A stretch of 61,354 bases of DNA, the filler included, from Globobulimina sp. (Eukaryota), in the NCBI GenBank assembly GCA_003354225.1. It is 21 parts of 21 records of this genome, joined end to end, with 100 filler letters (N's around TTAATTAATTAA, not from the genome) between each part and the next. Parts side by side here need not be neighbours in the genome. Positions count along the whole stretch, not along the records: positions 23,426 to 26,252 come from PIVH01004720.1; positions 26,353 to 29,179 come from PIVH01004721.1; positions 29,280 to 32,106 come from PIVH01004722.1; positions 32,207 to 35,032 come from PIVH01004723.1; 17 more parts are not named here. One strand, written 5' to 3'. This document shows, piece after piece, positions 24,001 to 34,563 of the stretch. The translations under genes were made by a program, and so were the position numbers. Below the pieces are notes generated by a model. That model had not been told where the DNA came from. It saw only the letters and a list, made by a program, of their open reading frames with translations, and did no database searches. Numbering within the stretch: the stretch's first letter is position 1; every line of letters begins with the position of its first letter.

Positions 24001-26252
24001 ATGTCAACACCAAATCGAGACGACTCATCCTATTCCAGTGGTAACCACAGTATTGTTTCAATCCAATCCATTCGTTCAGTAACTCCAATATCACGACCGA
24101 CCCAAATATCCATCCAAGATCCGCAGCAAATATACAATCAATTGCAACATCCATCGTCCTTCGCCACCACTCATCATCACCAATTATCTCAAACCCCATC
24201 CATTTTCAATTACCATCAGGCCTTAACACCACACACATATACACAAATCACACATAACTTCCCAATTATGAATTTTACAGATAATCCAAACACAAATAAT
24301 AACAATAACAACACCAACACAGCCATACCATCCATCCCCTGCATCCCAGCCATCCCCACCTTGCCACCCATCAACTTGCCATTGCCATTGCCTCCCTTAA
24401 GCAACAACCCATCCGTTACCCACACAAACAGCAACCTGACCAATAGCAACATAATCAGATCAAGTACATACCAGTCAGCACCACTTAAATTACGACAAAA
24501 CAACACTAATAATTCCAGCAACACTGACAATCGTAACACGCACAAAAAAACAGCAAACCAAAGCATTACAATCACGCCTCGTAAACGCAAGCGTAAACGC
24601 AAAAAACGACGAAATGATAACGAGGATATGTATTATTATCAGTTAGAGCGAGCGTGCGGATTAGAAATCGAAGAGCCTGCCTACATTGCTGATGATAGCA
24701 TGCACGTAAATGACGAGATTGAGTGCAATCACAACCAGGCGCCGTCACCGCGCTTTGCGCATTGTTCCTGTATTCACGGCGATTACTTTTATGTTTGGGG
24801 TGGCAGGAACCAAACGCGCACGTTTTATCCCGTGGATAATGAATTATATACATACCATCTACCCACGAAAAAATGGACTAAAATTAAAGCGAAGTTGAAT
24901 GTGCTTTATAACTCTCGGGATACGTACAATGGCAGCAATCCACAACCACGGTATAAACCATTCGCTGTTACTGGCGCCACGGCGATCGTGTATCGGTCAT
25001 GTATTTACATATTTGGTGGCTATCATAGTAGATATACCAATCAATTGTTAAAATATGATATCGATAATAATTATTGGTGTGTTGTTGATGCGCGCGGTAT
25101 GTTGCAAACAGATTTTCTTCCTTTTTTTTCTCAATGCTGTCAATTTTGACACCTACTTTTGCGAAATTGCGATAATTGATATGCAGCGTTTGTATGTTTG
25201 TACTTTTGTTTTTTGTTATGATTTGCTGTTTTTTTGCGATCCGATGTTTTTTTTGTGGGTAAACAAACAAAAAAAGCGCATCTGACTGTGGAATTATAGT
25301 GAAATTGTTTACGCAATGCATAAAATGCGATACAAACAAATTAAAAACAAAAATGTTTTTGTAGAGAATTTATCGTTTTTCAGAACTAAATTTACTGTCT
25401 GCATACAACTGCAGTACATATCAATTTGTACCGCAACGTCAACACATCATCACTTTCATAAAAACACATACAAAAATAAGGCGATATCCCACAACGAAGA
25501 TGGGAATATTCAGCGTGTGTATACCAAAAGAAAATGTATATCTTTGGCGGTACATTAGACCGCACCCATTTCAATGATCTATATTCATTCGACTTTGACA
25601 CCTCGACCTGGACCGAGTTACAGCCCGTAAACTCAGCCAACTCGCCCCGACCACGGCGCAGACATAAAGCAGTAGTGTACAAGCACAAAATGTACATATT
25701 CGGCGGACGCGAAGAGCCGCCAATAATCCGTGACCAGTTACCGCAAGATTTGCAAATATACTCCTTCCGAGATCGAACCTGGTCCCGTATCAGTTGCGCG
25801 GACAGCTCCTCCTCCATCTCCATCCCCATCGCACTGAACCATTCCTTATACGTGGATAAATCCGCAGGCTTATTATACGTGTTTGGCTGCCAAGACGCGC
25901 CTGTGGTGACTTACGATTTTAAATTGAACCGTTGGTACCCGGTCAGCTCTCGTAATTACGAACGGCACGGACTGTCATTATGCACCACACATCACGGAAA
26001 CGTTGGATATTGGCAACATTCTTTGTATATTTTTGGTGGACAGTCGCGCGACAAAGTGGTGCAAGGAAATTTATTGAAGTTCTCATTAAATCCGCAGCCG
26101 CAATACACCAAAGATATGCTATCTATGCTGAACAATGCGTGTGTCTCTGACATACAGTTTAGAATTACCAACGGCAGCAATGGTGCAAATGGCATTGTCT
26201 ACGCTCATAAGTTTATGTTGATGTCACGCTGTGAATATTTTAAGAAGATGTT
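24001..26252 (+). CDS. Kelch-repeat + BTB protein (LZTR1-like architecture), 3' partial
   Basis: Low-complexity N-terminus, basic NLS, repeated YIFGG Kelch units, intron 25097-25480 (restores GDIPQRRWEYSACVYQKKMYIFGG), BTB start SDIQF..VYAHKFMLMSRCEYFKKM. Confidence 0.88.
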
Positions 26253-26352
26253 NNNNNNNNNNNNNNNNNNNNNNNNNNNNNNNNNNNNNNNNNNNNTTAA
26301 TTAATTAANNNNNNNNNNNNNNNNNNNNNNNNNNNNNNNNNNNNNNNNNNNN

Positions 26353-26680
26353 CAGCAGTACAATTGCAGCAGCAATGATAATAATCAGTTTCTTATTAGC
26401 AAATAAATTACCGATGCTAAAAACTTTAATTCTTGCAGAGAATGATTTGATTGTAATGAGAACGAGAGCAATCAGAATATTATGTGATATCGTCAATTCA
26501 AGTAAAAAGAGATCACGAAGTGACATTAAAAATAAAATTGCTGCAATAATGTCAAGTAATAAAGCAATTCCAAAAGCGATTGCAGCGCATATCATTAATT
26601 TTACAAACGGATATCAAAAGAGTGGGTTTGGTATAAATGAAAAGGAATTATTTAGACATAAAAAAAATTTTGTTTATTGA
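26353..26680 (+). CDS. 3' fragment of a hypothetical protein
   Basis: ORF beginning near the contig edge, no recognisable motif. Confidence 0.35.
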
Positions 26681-26814
26681 TTAGAAAAATTTTTTCTGTT
26701 GTTGTTGTTTGTCAATAAAAAAATGGTTTGAGTCGTACAATTACAAAGTGTAGTAATATTAAGTTTTGACACACGAAACGATGACTAGCTCACTTTAAGA
26801 AACCTTCAAATAAA

Positions 26815-26935
26815 TCTAAGATCTCACGAGTTAGACTTGAAATAAAAAATGAAATAATGATATGTTATGTAACAGACTGGGTTTAGAATAATTTAATTTT
26901 TTATTTCAAGTCTAATTAACTCGTGAGATCTTAGA
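26815..26935. mobile_element. MITE-like inverted-repeat element A
   Basis: Arms 26815-26850 and 26896-26935 are complementary except for a 4-nt TTAA indel; the left arm recurs at 58134-58176. Confidence 0.65.
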
Positions 26936-26961
26936 CATATCAAAATGTTTTTGGGTACCCT

Positions 26962-27169
26962 TGACTTTTTAGGTTCACACTTCTAAACACTTCTAAAATT
27001 GACTAAGTTTTTTCAAGCTTTTGGCACCTACATTAGTGGTTTTCAACTTTGAATACTAGGATTCGAATACTAGGTCAACTTCGAATACTAGGTTGAAAAC
27101 CATTCTAGCTAACCCAAAAACCTTGCCAATCACAAAAGAAGTGTTTAGAAGTTTAAGCATAAAAAGTCA
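26962..27169. repeat. Nested palindromic element B with internal tandem 10-mers
   Basis: Outer arms 26962-26994/27137-27169 (16-bp perfect core), inner arms 27037-27047/27092-27102, GAATACTAGG at 27051, 27065 and 27083. Confidence 0.75.
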
Positions 27170-27279
27170 TATGTTTTAAATATTCGATTCTAAATCAAAA
27201 TATATTTTTTTTGTAATTAAAAAACGAAATTAATAAATAGCAGATCGAGAAAACACATAATAAATAATTATTGTCAGTT

Positions 27280-28545
27280 TTAGTTTTTATGCATTTTAAC
27301 ATGTTTCAAATCCCTAAACATGACATAAGTAAATATAAAATATAAAAGCAATGTTACGGCACAACATATTTTATTGACCATCGGTGCTTTGGGGAATGGC
27401 GTCGGAGCACATTTAAAACTTAATGACAATTCCAACACAATGATAACAATCGTAATCCATGTTTGTGAACCTAATTTTTTGCATTTCTCATTTGTCAAAT
27501 ATAGATAGTACTGTTTCGACGATACCGTTGCAAATAAAGTGATTAAACCCAATCTCCAAATATTCAATGAATGCTCGGTCGGCACAAATAAGAATAGCTT
27601 CAATAAAAAGGCATTTATATCCAATAATAGTGAGCAAATAATAAACAAATGGATTTGATAAAATCTTTTCAAATTACTCAGCGGTTCCCAGTACATTGGG
27701 GTCAGCGAAGTTGGCGTTAACTGAACAAATAAGCGTTGAAACTTCAAACAAATGCTTTTAAAATCAAATAAACCTTTTCCTGCCCAATCACGCAAGTATT
27801 GATGCGATGGGTTGTTGTTGTACCACGCATACCATTTCCGTGTCAAATATAAACCAACTTCGATGCCCAAGCCATTGCAGATCAAAACGTCTAAAATCAA
27901 CTGATCCCACCAACACTCTGCAAAGTTGGGGATGAAATATTTTGTTGCCAGTTCAACAATTTCCCACAACACAGACAAAACCCACAAAATTCCTCTGTCG
28001 CGGACTATGGCGGCTCGTACCGCCCAACCGATAAAATGGGCAAATAAAAATCTGTCGCAAACACTCCAAACTACCTCCAATTCGAAGCTGCAATCCACTG
28101 CGTACGACTTCTCTGGTAATTGGTATCCCAATCTGTCATCGTTAAATATGTAACGCAAAGTGGTGCGCGCTCCATTTGCGGTTTGCGATAATAAGAATAA
28201 TAAAAAAAAGGAGTATAACAAGGAAATGCTAAAAATCAATCTCCAAAATATTGGGTGGGGTCGTATGAAGGGTCCAGCCGGGAATATTAAGCAGCCCACG
28301 GCGATAAAAAAAAACACATTCAATCCTAGCCCCAATTGTATGCTGCCTTCTGTTGTAAAACAAAAATATAAAATCACACCAATCACCACTGCTAATAATA
28401 TTAATGAGTGCGCTTCATATAACCATGGTACGTTGATATCGGTTATCGCTACATTGTCATGCCAATTTATCGGCTGTTCAGTCTTGTCATTGGCTTGACG
28501 GCTTTTTTTGGTGTTGGTGTAGAGACCATTTCGCAACGACGACAT
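27280..28545 (-). CDS. Phosphatidylserine synthase (base-exchange, PTDSS1/2 family)
   Basis: GPFIRPHPIFWR, LPEKSYAVDC, AHFIGW, SVLWEIVE..PNFAECWWDQLILDVLICNGLG; intronless, complete. Confidence 0.95.
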   Translation of the reverse strand: MSSLRNGLYTNTKKSRQANDKTEQPINWHDNVAITDINVPWLYEAHSLILLAVVIGVILYFCFTTEGSIQLGLGLNVFFFIAVGCLIFPAGPFIRPHPIFWRLIFSISLLYSFFLLFLLSQTANGARTTLRYIFNDDRLGYQLPEKSYAVDCSFELEVVWSVCDRFLFAHFIGWAVRAAIVRDRGILWVLSVLWEIVELATKYFIPNFAECWWDQLILDVLICNGLGIEVGLYLTRKWYAWYNNNPSHQYLRDWAGKGLFDFKSICLKFQRLFVQLTPTSLTPMYWEPLSNLKRFYQIHLFIICSLLLDINAFLLKLFLFVPTEHSLNIWRLGLITLFATVSSKQYYLYLTNEKCKKLGSQTWITIVIIVLELSLSFKCAPTPFPKAPMVNKICCAVTLLLYFIFTYVMFRDLKHVKMHKN

Positions 28546-28702
28546 GACTGACTGACTGACTTTTTTTAAGTTTTTTTAGCTTAATTAAAACAATGCAAAA
28601 CAAAAAAAACACGTGTGAATATAAATAAAATCATGGATAGTAACAGAAAAATAAAGCACAATATAACCGAAAAGTTAATGTCAATGGTTAAACTTTTAAT
28701 AT

Positions 28703-29179
28703 TCAATATTGTGGCGTTTGCGTATTTGTATTTTTAGGCTGTTGTTGCTGTTGTATATAAACAGCTGGTTGCGGTTGCATAATAATACTGCTATTCCCGT
28801 ATAAAGCCGCAGTTTGATATTGCGGTTGAATAAACATCGTCTGTCCATTACTAAACGCAGTTTGTTGCTGCTGCGGTTGCTGTTGCTGCTGCTGTTGTTG
28901 TTGCAATTGATGTGGCTGTTGATATGGATGTGTATGGGGCTGTGGTTGCTGTGCCATCGGTGGCATCACAACATATGACCCTGGCCGGTTCGGATTATGT
29001 TGGATTGAATATCCTTTCTGCTGTAACTGCATCATCTGTTGTTGCGACAAATTACTTACAATATGCGGCGGTTGTGGTTGTTGTGGAGGGGGTAATGGAT
29101 TATTATTCTTCTGTTGCTGGATCTCCTCATTTGTATACTTATTATTATTATTACTGGTATTTATATTATTCGCCACGCC
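28703..29179 (-). CDS. Gln/Pro-rich low-complexity C-terminal fragment
   Basis: ORF from the contig edge with poly-Q runs. Confidence 0.6.
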   Translation of the reverse strand, partial: GVANNINTSNNNNKYTNEEIQQQKNNNPLPPPQQPQPPHIVSNLSQQQMMQLQQKGYSIQHNPNRPGSYVVMPPMAQQPQPHTHPYQQPHQLQQQQQQQQQPQQQQTAFSNGQTMFIQPQYQTAALYGNSSIIMQPQPAVYIQQQQQPKNTNTQTPQY

Positions 29180-29630
29180 NNNNNNNNNNNNNNNNNNNNN
29201 NNNNNNNNNNNNNNNNNNNNNNNTTAATTAATTAANNNNNNNNNNNNNNNNNNNNNNNNNNNNNNNNNNNNNNNNNNNNAATATTTGTAAACATTGTCTG
29301 CAATAAAAATCTGCATAAATTGAAACAGAAAGTTCTTATCAAAATATTAATAGACAAAATAAAAAAAACATACATTGATACCGACAAACTCTCCGATGGA
29401 CTCTTAATGAATAACGGCTTTTCTTTATTTGTGCATTACAAACACATTGAATTAAATTTGGTTTATTATCGTTCGGGATATGACCTTAATGTGTCATGGT
29501 TATTGGAGATGCTGCTATAACATTTGTTTGATTTGTTTGAAATACAGCATGACGGCTTGGATAACGAGGACATGGTTTTATGTGTTGATTTTATTTCTTT
29601 TTGTTTTTTTGATGTTGACCTTTACCTTTT

Positions 29631-29681
29631 ATCTGAGAACATAAGGAATCTGAGAACATTAGGAATCTGAGAACATAAGGA
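29631..29681. repeat. 17-bp tandem repeat x3
   Basis: atctgagaacat(a/t)agga three times, just past the transporter stop. Confidence 0.92.
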
Positions 29682-29704
29682 AGAAAAAGTTACTTTTGCC
29701 AACT

Positions 29705-31918
29705 TTATTCAACATCATATTTATGCTCGTTTTCAAGTTTAGTGATGTAATGATTGCCATAATGGTTGCCAAGCATGGATGAAATATTGGATTTAAATTT
29801 AACTCCATCCAACAAATACTGTTTTTTTGATTGTTGATACAATTTACTTTTATGAAATCCATACAAATAATATGATACAATTGCGACACAATATATTTTA
29901 ATCAATGCCATAGCTGCAATAATGTTCACAATGCTTGCTATCATCAAACAGTTCAATATGATTCCAAACAAAGGTATATATGGACATAATGGAGTTAAAA
30001 ATATTGGATTATTATTATTTTCCAGTGGAGATATCCATAGTTTCCAATTTAATGTGTGATGTAAATATACAAAGACTCCGCTAAAATACAAAACCACCAT
30101 ACATAAAAATGTAAAGCTAAATGTCCACAGATTTAGATGGAATAATATTATTTTGTCGTAACAAAATAGTAAAATACATATCAGCAAAATAATGATTATA
30201 TAAAACCATACTAACAATAAAATTGATCCATGTTTCCATTGTCTCGATTTTTCACGATTTAAATTCATTTCATATATTTGTCGATCAATAAAATCCATCG
30301 TTTCAGCTGCCGTTGTTTCAGTTTGTTCATATTTCTCTTTTAATTTTGCGTGATATTTGGCATGAATCGGCTGTGAATATCTCAATATTAAAATGCTGGA
30401 ACAAATTAATGTATTTGATATCAACGTAATGATTGATACCAATTCAATCAATAATTGTACTTCAAATATGGAGGAGATTATAATATAAGATATGGCAAAC
30501 AAAATCAATTCGTTTATGCACAATACATGCACCGGCAATAAGCCATCATTGATTAAGTCATTTATTAGGAATGGAACTTTATTTATCTTTAACATTTGGA
30601 AATATATGATGAGCAATGCTATACTTATACTAAATAGTGTGGCAAATACTGTCTGCTTCTTGTTGAATAATGACGAATAAGTCGATAAGATGTTGATTGA
30701 TTGGAATGGGATCAAACTTAATAAGGACAATAACAATAATATGTATACCACTGCATTAATTATTGTTGTCCAAATAATGGAATGTGTAATGATTTTTTGT
30801 GGCCGCGATGACAATCTATAATTTGTAAATTTTGACAAACAAAATATTGCATCAAAACATAATGTATTTATAGCACAACATGCAAAAAAACCTTTTATTC
30901 CGAAGGGTAAAAATGAATTTTTTGCATTGGTGGGACAATTGCTATTATCACATGGTTTTAACCACAGACTTGGTATTTCATAATAATATATTAACGATAA
31001 TGATATTATAGTAATGAGAATAAATGAGAGGATGACAAATATATTAAATGAGCAACATATGACTTTATGATAATGATCATGCTTTATTTTATTATTCTGG
31101 CGTGCTTTAACAAATATCATTACAATGATTGCAGCACATAGCGATGGTATAAAATGAATATTTATAACAGAATTAAATGATTTGCCAAATAAATATTGTA
31201 ATGATACATCATTGTCGATATCCGTTTGTTTTAATAAGTTTATTGATTTTAAAAATGATTCAAAATATCCACTAAAAATAATACAATTCATAGATAATAA
31301 TATTAATGAATATAAAATTGAGTTTATTCCAATTAAATATGCAAAAAGTTCACCGTTTGTAATATAAATATACTGATAAATACTCAAACGTTTGCGAGTT
31401 GGAACTCGCGATGTAAATTCGGACAAACATAGACCAGTAATAATTGTTGATACTGTACATAATATATACGATACAACGATTGAAGTTCCTCCATATTTAT
31501 AAGCTGCAAATCCGGACACAACAAATATTTGTGCATTCAATGAATGGATTATTGAATGGATTATTAATTGTAATATAGATAATGGTGATTTTGAGGTATT
31601 TTTTAATGCAACGAAAGAATTTATAAAATTGTCGATTCGCACTGTTGATTTCGATACGTAATTGGTCGCAATTTCTTGTTCACGATACGTATTTGGTGTA
31701 TAAGGTTGAAAAGTGCTGATTGTACTGGCTGTTGTTATCGATGTATAATTTGTTGTTGTATCAGATATTATTGAGTCACAATCATCTGTTTGAGATGTTG
31801 CAGCTAATAAAAATCTTGGTTTGTTTTCACAATTATTTCCGCGTAATGATTCTTTGTAAAAAAATGTTAATGATTTTTTGTAACATGACCGCTTTAAACA
31901 GCTTTTAAGACAAGACAT
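29705..31918 (-). CDS. Cationic amino acid transporter-like (SLC7/APC), divergent
   Basis: GLCLSEFTSRVP..YQYIYITNGELFAYLIG, FLPFGIKG, DGLLP, FLTPLCPYIPLFGIILNCLMI, YYLYGFHKS. Confidence 0.88.
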   Translation of the reverse strand: MSCLKSCLKRSCYKKSLTFFYKESLRGNNCENKPRFLLAATSQTDDCDSIISDTTTNYTSITTASTISTFQPYTPNTYREQEIATNYVSKSTVRIDNFINSFVALKNTSKSPLSILQLIIHSIIHSLNAQIFVVSGFAAYKYGGTSIVVSYILCTVSTIITGLCLSEFTSRVPTRKRLSIYQYIYITNGELFAYLIGINSILYSLILLSMNCIIFSGYFESFLKSINLLKQTDIDNDVSLQYLFGKSFNSVINIHFIPSLCAAIIVMIFVKARQNNKIKHDHYHKVICCSFNIFVILSFILITIISLSLIYYYEIPSLWLKPCDNSNCPTNAKNSFLPFGIKGFFACCAINTLCFDAIFCLSKFTNYRLSSRPQKIITHSIIWTTIINAVVYILLLLSLLSLIPFQSINILSTYSSLFNKKQTVFATLFSISIALLIIYFQMLKINKVPFLINDLINDGLLPVHVLCINELILFAISYIIISSIFEVQLLIELVSIITLISNTLICSSILILRYSQPIHAKYHAKLKEKYEQTETTAAETMDFIDRQIYEMNLNREKSRQWKHGSILLLVWFYIIIILLICILLFCYDKIILFHLNLWTFSFTFLCMVVLYFSGVFVYLHHTLNWKLWISPLENNNNPIFLTPLCPYIPLFGIILNCLMIASIVNIIAAMALIKIYCVAIVSYYLYGFHKSKLYQQSKKQYLLDGVKFKSNISSMLGNHYGNHYITKLENEHKYDVE

Positions 31919-31979
31919 AGTCTGCAATTTAGTGAAAAAAGAAACAAGTGTTTCTTTGATTTGACGACAACATTATTAA

Positions 31980-32014
31980 GATGACTAGCTTACTTCGTGG
32001 AAATCTTAAAATCA
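31980..32014. promoter_or_regulatory. Dispersed 35-bp intergenic element (core GATGACTAGCTYACTT)
   Basis: 34/35 identical to the reverse complement of 58799-58833; core variants at 16266, 26780, 45203 and 52760. Confidence 0.6.
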
Positions 32015-32332
32015 CTGTTATCACCTCACAAACGACAAAGAGCATCCGGTTTTCAGCGTCAGATTTTTATCGGGGTAAGGTAGATGCAAACCGTTTCTGG
32101 TGACTGNNNNNNNNNNNNNNNNNNNNNNNNNNNNNNNNNNNNNNNNNNNNTTAATTAATTAANNNNNNNNNNNNNNNNNNNNNNNNNNNNNNNNNNNNNN
32201 NNNNNNTCATGCTCTGGCACCGCAATATCTGCGCTGAGGACTCCGCCGACGCCGCGGACAAATGGATTTCGCAAGATCACCTCACCTTAATCGAGTGCGC
32301 AAAAAGTTATACGGGGTTACAGCCACAACCTA

Positions 32333-32356
32333 GTCGGCTGCAAGCGGTTGTTAGGC
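32333..32356 (-). other. Integron attC-like left half (R''-L'')
   Basis: GCCTAAC-AACCG-CTTGCAGCCGAC starts 12 nt after the stop of the bacterial-type ORF; no matching GTTRRRY right half found before the contig edge. Confidence 0.55.
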
Positions 32357-32367
32357 AATGTTGCCTG

Positions 32368-32883
32368 TCAAAACCCCCGCCCTAAGTGAATTCCTATCAT
32401 GTAATGTTGGTCATCTTTTGATTCTGCAAAGCCAATGATGGGGCCAATCTCATATTCTCCAAGCATGAATCCGTACGATGCTTCAAGGTGGGTTACATAT
32501 TCAGTTTCCCATTCACCTTCATGGTCTGCAAACGTCGTACCTGGAGATATTGTAACCACCAGATCCCTCCAGGGAAATATACTGAGGCTCCCCAGCACAC
32601 CATAGTGCGTATGGTCTGCGAGGATGCCCTCAAGCCCCAACCCAACGGCGAAATGCTGTAGGAATTCAGATCCTTCAAGCCGCCTCATGAGATGCAGGTG
32701 TATGCCTGGAGCGGATTCGTCCTCAGCATCAAGATACACGTAGGCCGCCGAAACTCCGATTTCCATTGTGTGATTATGATGATGGTGCTCTTCTTCTGAC
32801 AGCGCTAATTGCGGGAGTGCAAAAAATGCTGTGACACAGATAACAAAGAGAGACAATGTGATAGAATGCCGTGTTTTGTTCAT
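32368..32883 (-). CDS. Bacterial-type exported protein with His-rich N-terminus (beta-barrel-like)
   Basis: AGGA Shine-Dalgarno-like site upstream of ATG 32883, signal peptide, EEEHHHHNH, amphipathic strands, terminal Phe; visibly higher GC than the flanks. Confidence 0.7.
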   Translation of the reverse strand: MNKTRHSITLSLFVICVTAFFALPQLALSEEEHHHHNHTMEIGVSAAYVYLDAEDESAPGIHLHLMRRLEGSEFLQHFAVGLGLEGILADHTHYGVLGSLSIFPWRDLVVTISPGTTFADHEGEWETEYVTHLEASYGFMLGEYEIGPIIGFAESKDDQHYMIGIHLGRGF

Positions 32884-32895
32884 GTGACTGTTCCT

Positions 32896-33192
32896 CATGA
32901 TATTTGGGATAAATGGATGAAAATCGGTATCCCATGCTTTGCCTTTTTGGACCGATAATGTTTTTTGATTTATTGCTATTCGGCCGGGTTTATTTACCGG
33001 TAATATATATATTGGACCACCACCGGCTGATTTTGATACTGCAAGAAATTTATGATTCGCCGACACATATCGAGCTTCACCAGACGTTAACGGATTTTTT
33101 AATTCTTGAAATTGCTTCTCTGGTTTCGCTATCTCTCCAAATACATGCCGGAATTTACCTGATCTTTGACCTTGTGCTGCCATGGAAGCCAT
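32896..33192 (-). CDS. Coronin N-terminus (truncated at the junction with bacterial-type DNA)
   Basis: GKFRHVFGE..YVSANHKFLAV..AGGGPIYILPVNKPGRI..DTDFHPF. Confidence 0.88.
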
Positions 33193-33389
33193 CGTTCTCT
33201 GCGCTTGGATTAAGTGATGCTGTGATGCTGTATTGCTGTATTAAGTAATGTTTTTTTTTAGTAAATGTTGAAAACAGTTTGCGGTACTTTTTTTTTACAC
33301 AAAACTGTACTTCCTGTTTCAAGTTAATACAATGTCAACGTGAAAAGGTTTCAAGAATATATCCAACCGAAATTGACGCTAAGTCAGCC

Positions 33390-34259
33390 ATGTCGTCGTC
33401 TATGCTTTTAAACAATGCCAATACACCAGTAACACCACATCCACCCAAACCAGAATCCAACTCATTTTCGAAACGATTAACTGTAGACAGTGCAGTTGGT
33501 ATAGCAGCTGGATTTACCTTATCATGGTTTATTACCCCATTGGACTGTGCCGTGATGGAATCGATGGCTTCTTCCAAACAAATAACAGTCCTATCATCAC
33601 TCAAACAATCTGCAATAAATATATTTACAAAACCGCATCGTTATATGTTGCTGCCACAATTTGCTTATGTATTTGGTACATATTCCAGCACATATTTAGC
33701 TAAAAATTATACGGACACAATATGCAAAGCAACAAACCAAGATGCGGAACATACGGCATTTTATAAGTTTTGGTTAGTATTTGCTGTAAATGGCGGACTC
33801 TCCGTATTTTGGAAAGATCCAGGTTTAGCGAGAATAGTTAAACAAAATATATCCTCCACAATAACATGCAGTGTGTCGTCAAGTGCACCTTCCATGAAAA
33901 TGACATATTTATGTTGGTTGGCTCGGGATACATTACACATGTTTGGCGCCGCAGTATTACCCGATTATTGTGAAGAAAAATTCCATTGGACTCATAAACA
34001 ATGGCAAGTCGCTCAATTAACTTTCCCAATATTTACGCAATTAGTTACCACACCGTCGCATTTATTGGGTTTGGACTATTTTAATTATAATGCAAATGGT
34101 GTATGTGTCTGGGAGAGATTTATGAGAGTTCGAAGAGGATATATTGGCGCTGTGGGGGTTCGAATGATAAGAATGTGGGCTCCATGGAGCATTGGCTTGG
34201 TTGTTAACAGAGAATTAAAAGATTATTTAAATGGCGATCAACATAGCGATAATTCATGA
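33390..34259 (+). CDS. Mitochondrial-carrier-like membrane protein (divergent)
   Basis: AAGFTLSWFITPLDCAVME and QLVTTPSHLLGLDYFN Pro-kinked helices; ~290 aa. Confidence 0.6.
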   Translation: MSSSMLLNNANTPVTPHPPKPESNSFSKRLTVDSAVGIAAGFTLSWFITPLDCAVMESMASSKQITVLSSLKQSAINIFTKPHRYMLLPQFAYVFGTYSSTYLAKNYTDTICKATNQDAEHTAFYKFWLVFAVNGGLSVFWKDPGLARIVKQNISSTITCSVSSSAPSMKMTYLCWLARDTLHMFGAAVLPDYCEEKFHWTHKQWQVAQLTFPIFTQLVTTPSHLLGLDYFNYNANGVCVWERFMRVRRGYIGAVGVRMIRMWAPWSIGLVVNRELKDYLNGDQHSDNS

Positions 34260-34563
34260 ATTCAACATATACAATGACTTTTTCCTCCCCTTTATTTAAT
34301 GTACGTTTGTCGTTATCAAAATATTGATGATTGGGTAGTATACAAAATGCAATATTTTGGTAATATTTTTTGTTTGCTTGATTTTTGTTTTTTCAATTGT
34401 TGAGATGCTATAATTATTCAAATAATTTTGAGATTTGGTATTTATGAGAAGATATTGTATCGAGCTTTTGAAGCTACTGTATTTCCGACGATATTTCGGA
34501 CAATTATCATAAAAACAAGCTGTTTTGCATCTTACTTCGGACAATAGTCACAATACTGACATT

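Noticed and set aside
27037-27102. GAATACTAGG x3 as a mini-CRISPR
   Set aside because: Repeats are 10 bp with 4-8-bp gaps, there are no spacer-length sequences or cas genes, and the context is eukaryotic.
29631-29681. 17-bp x3 repeat as a CRISPR array
   Set aside because: Head-to-tail with no spacers; a simple minisatellite.
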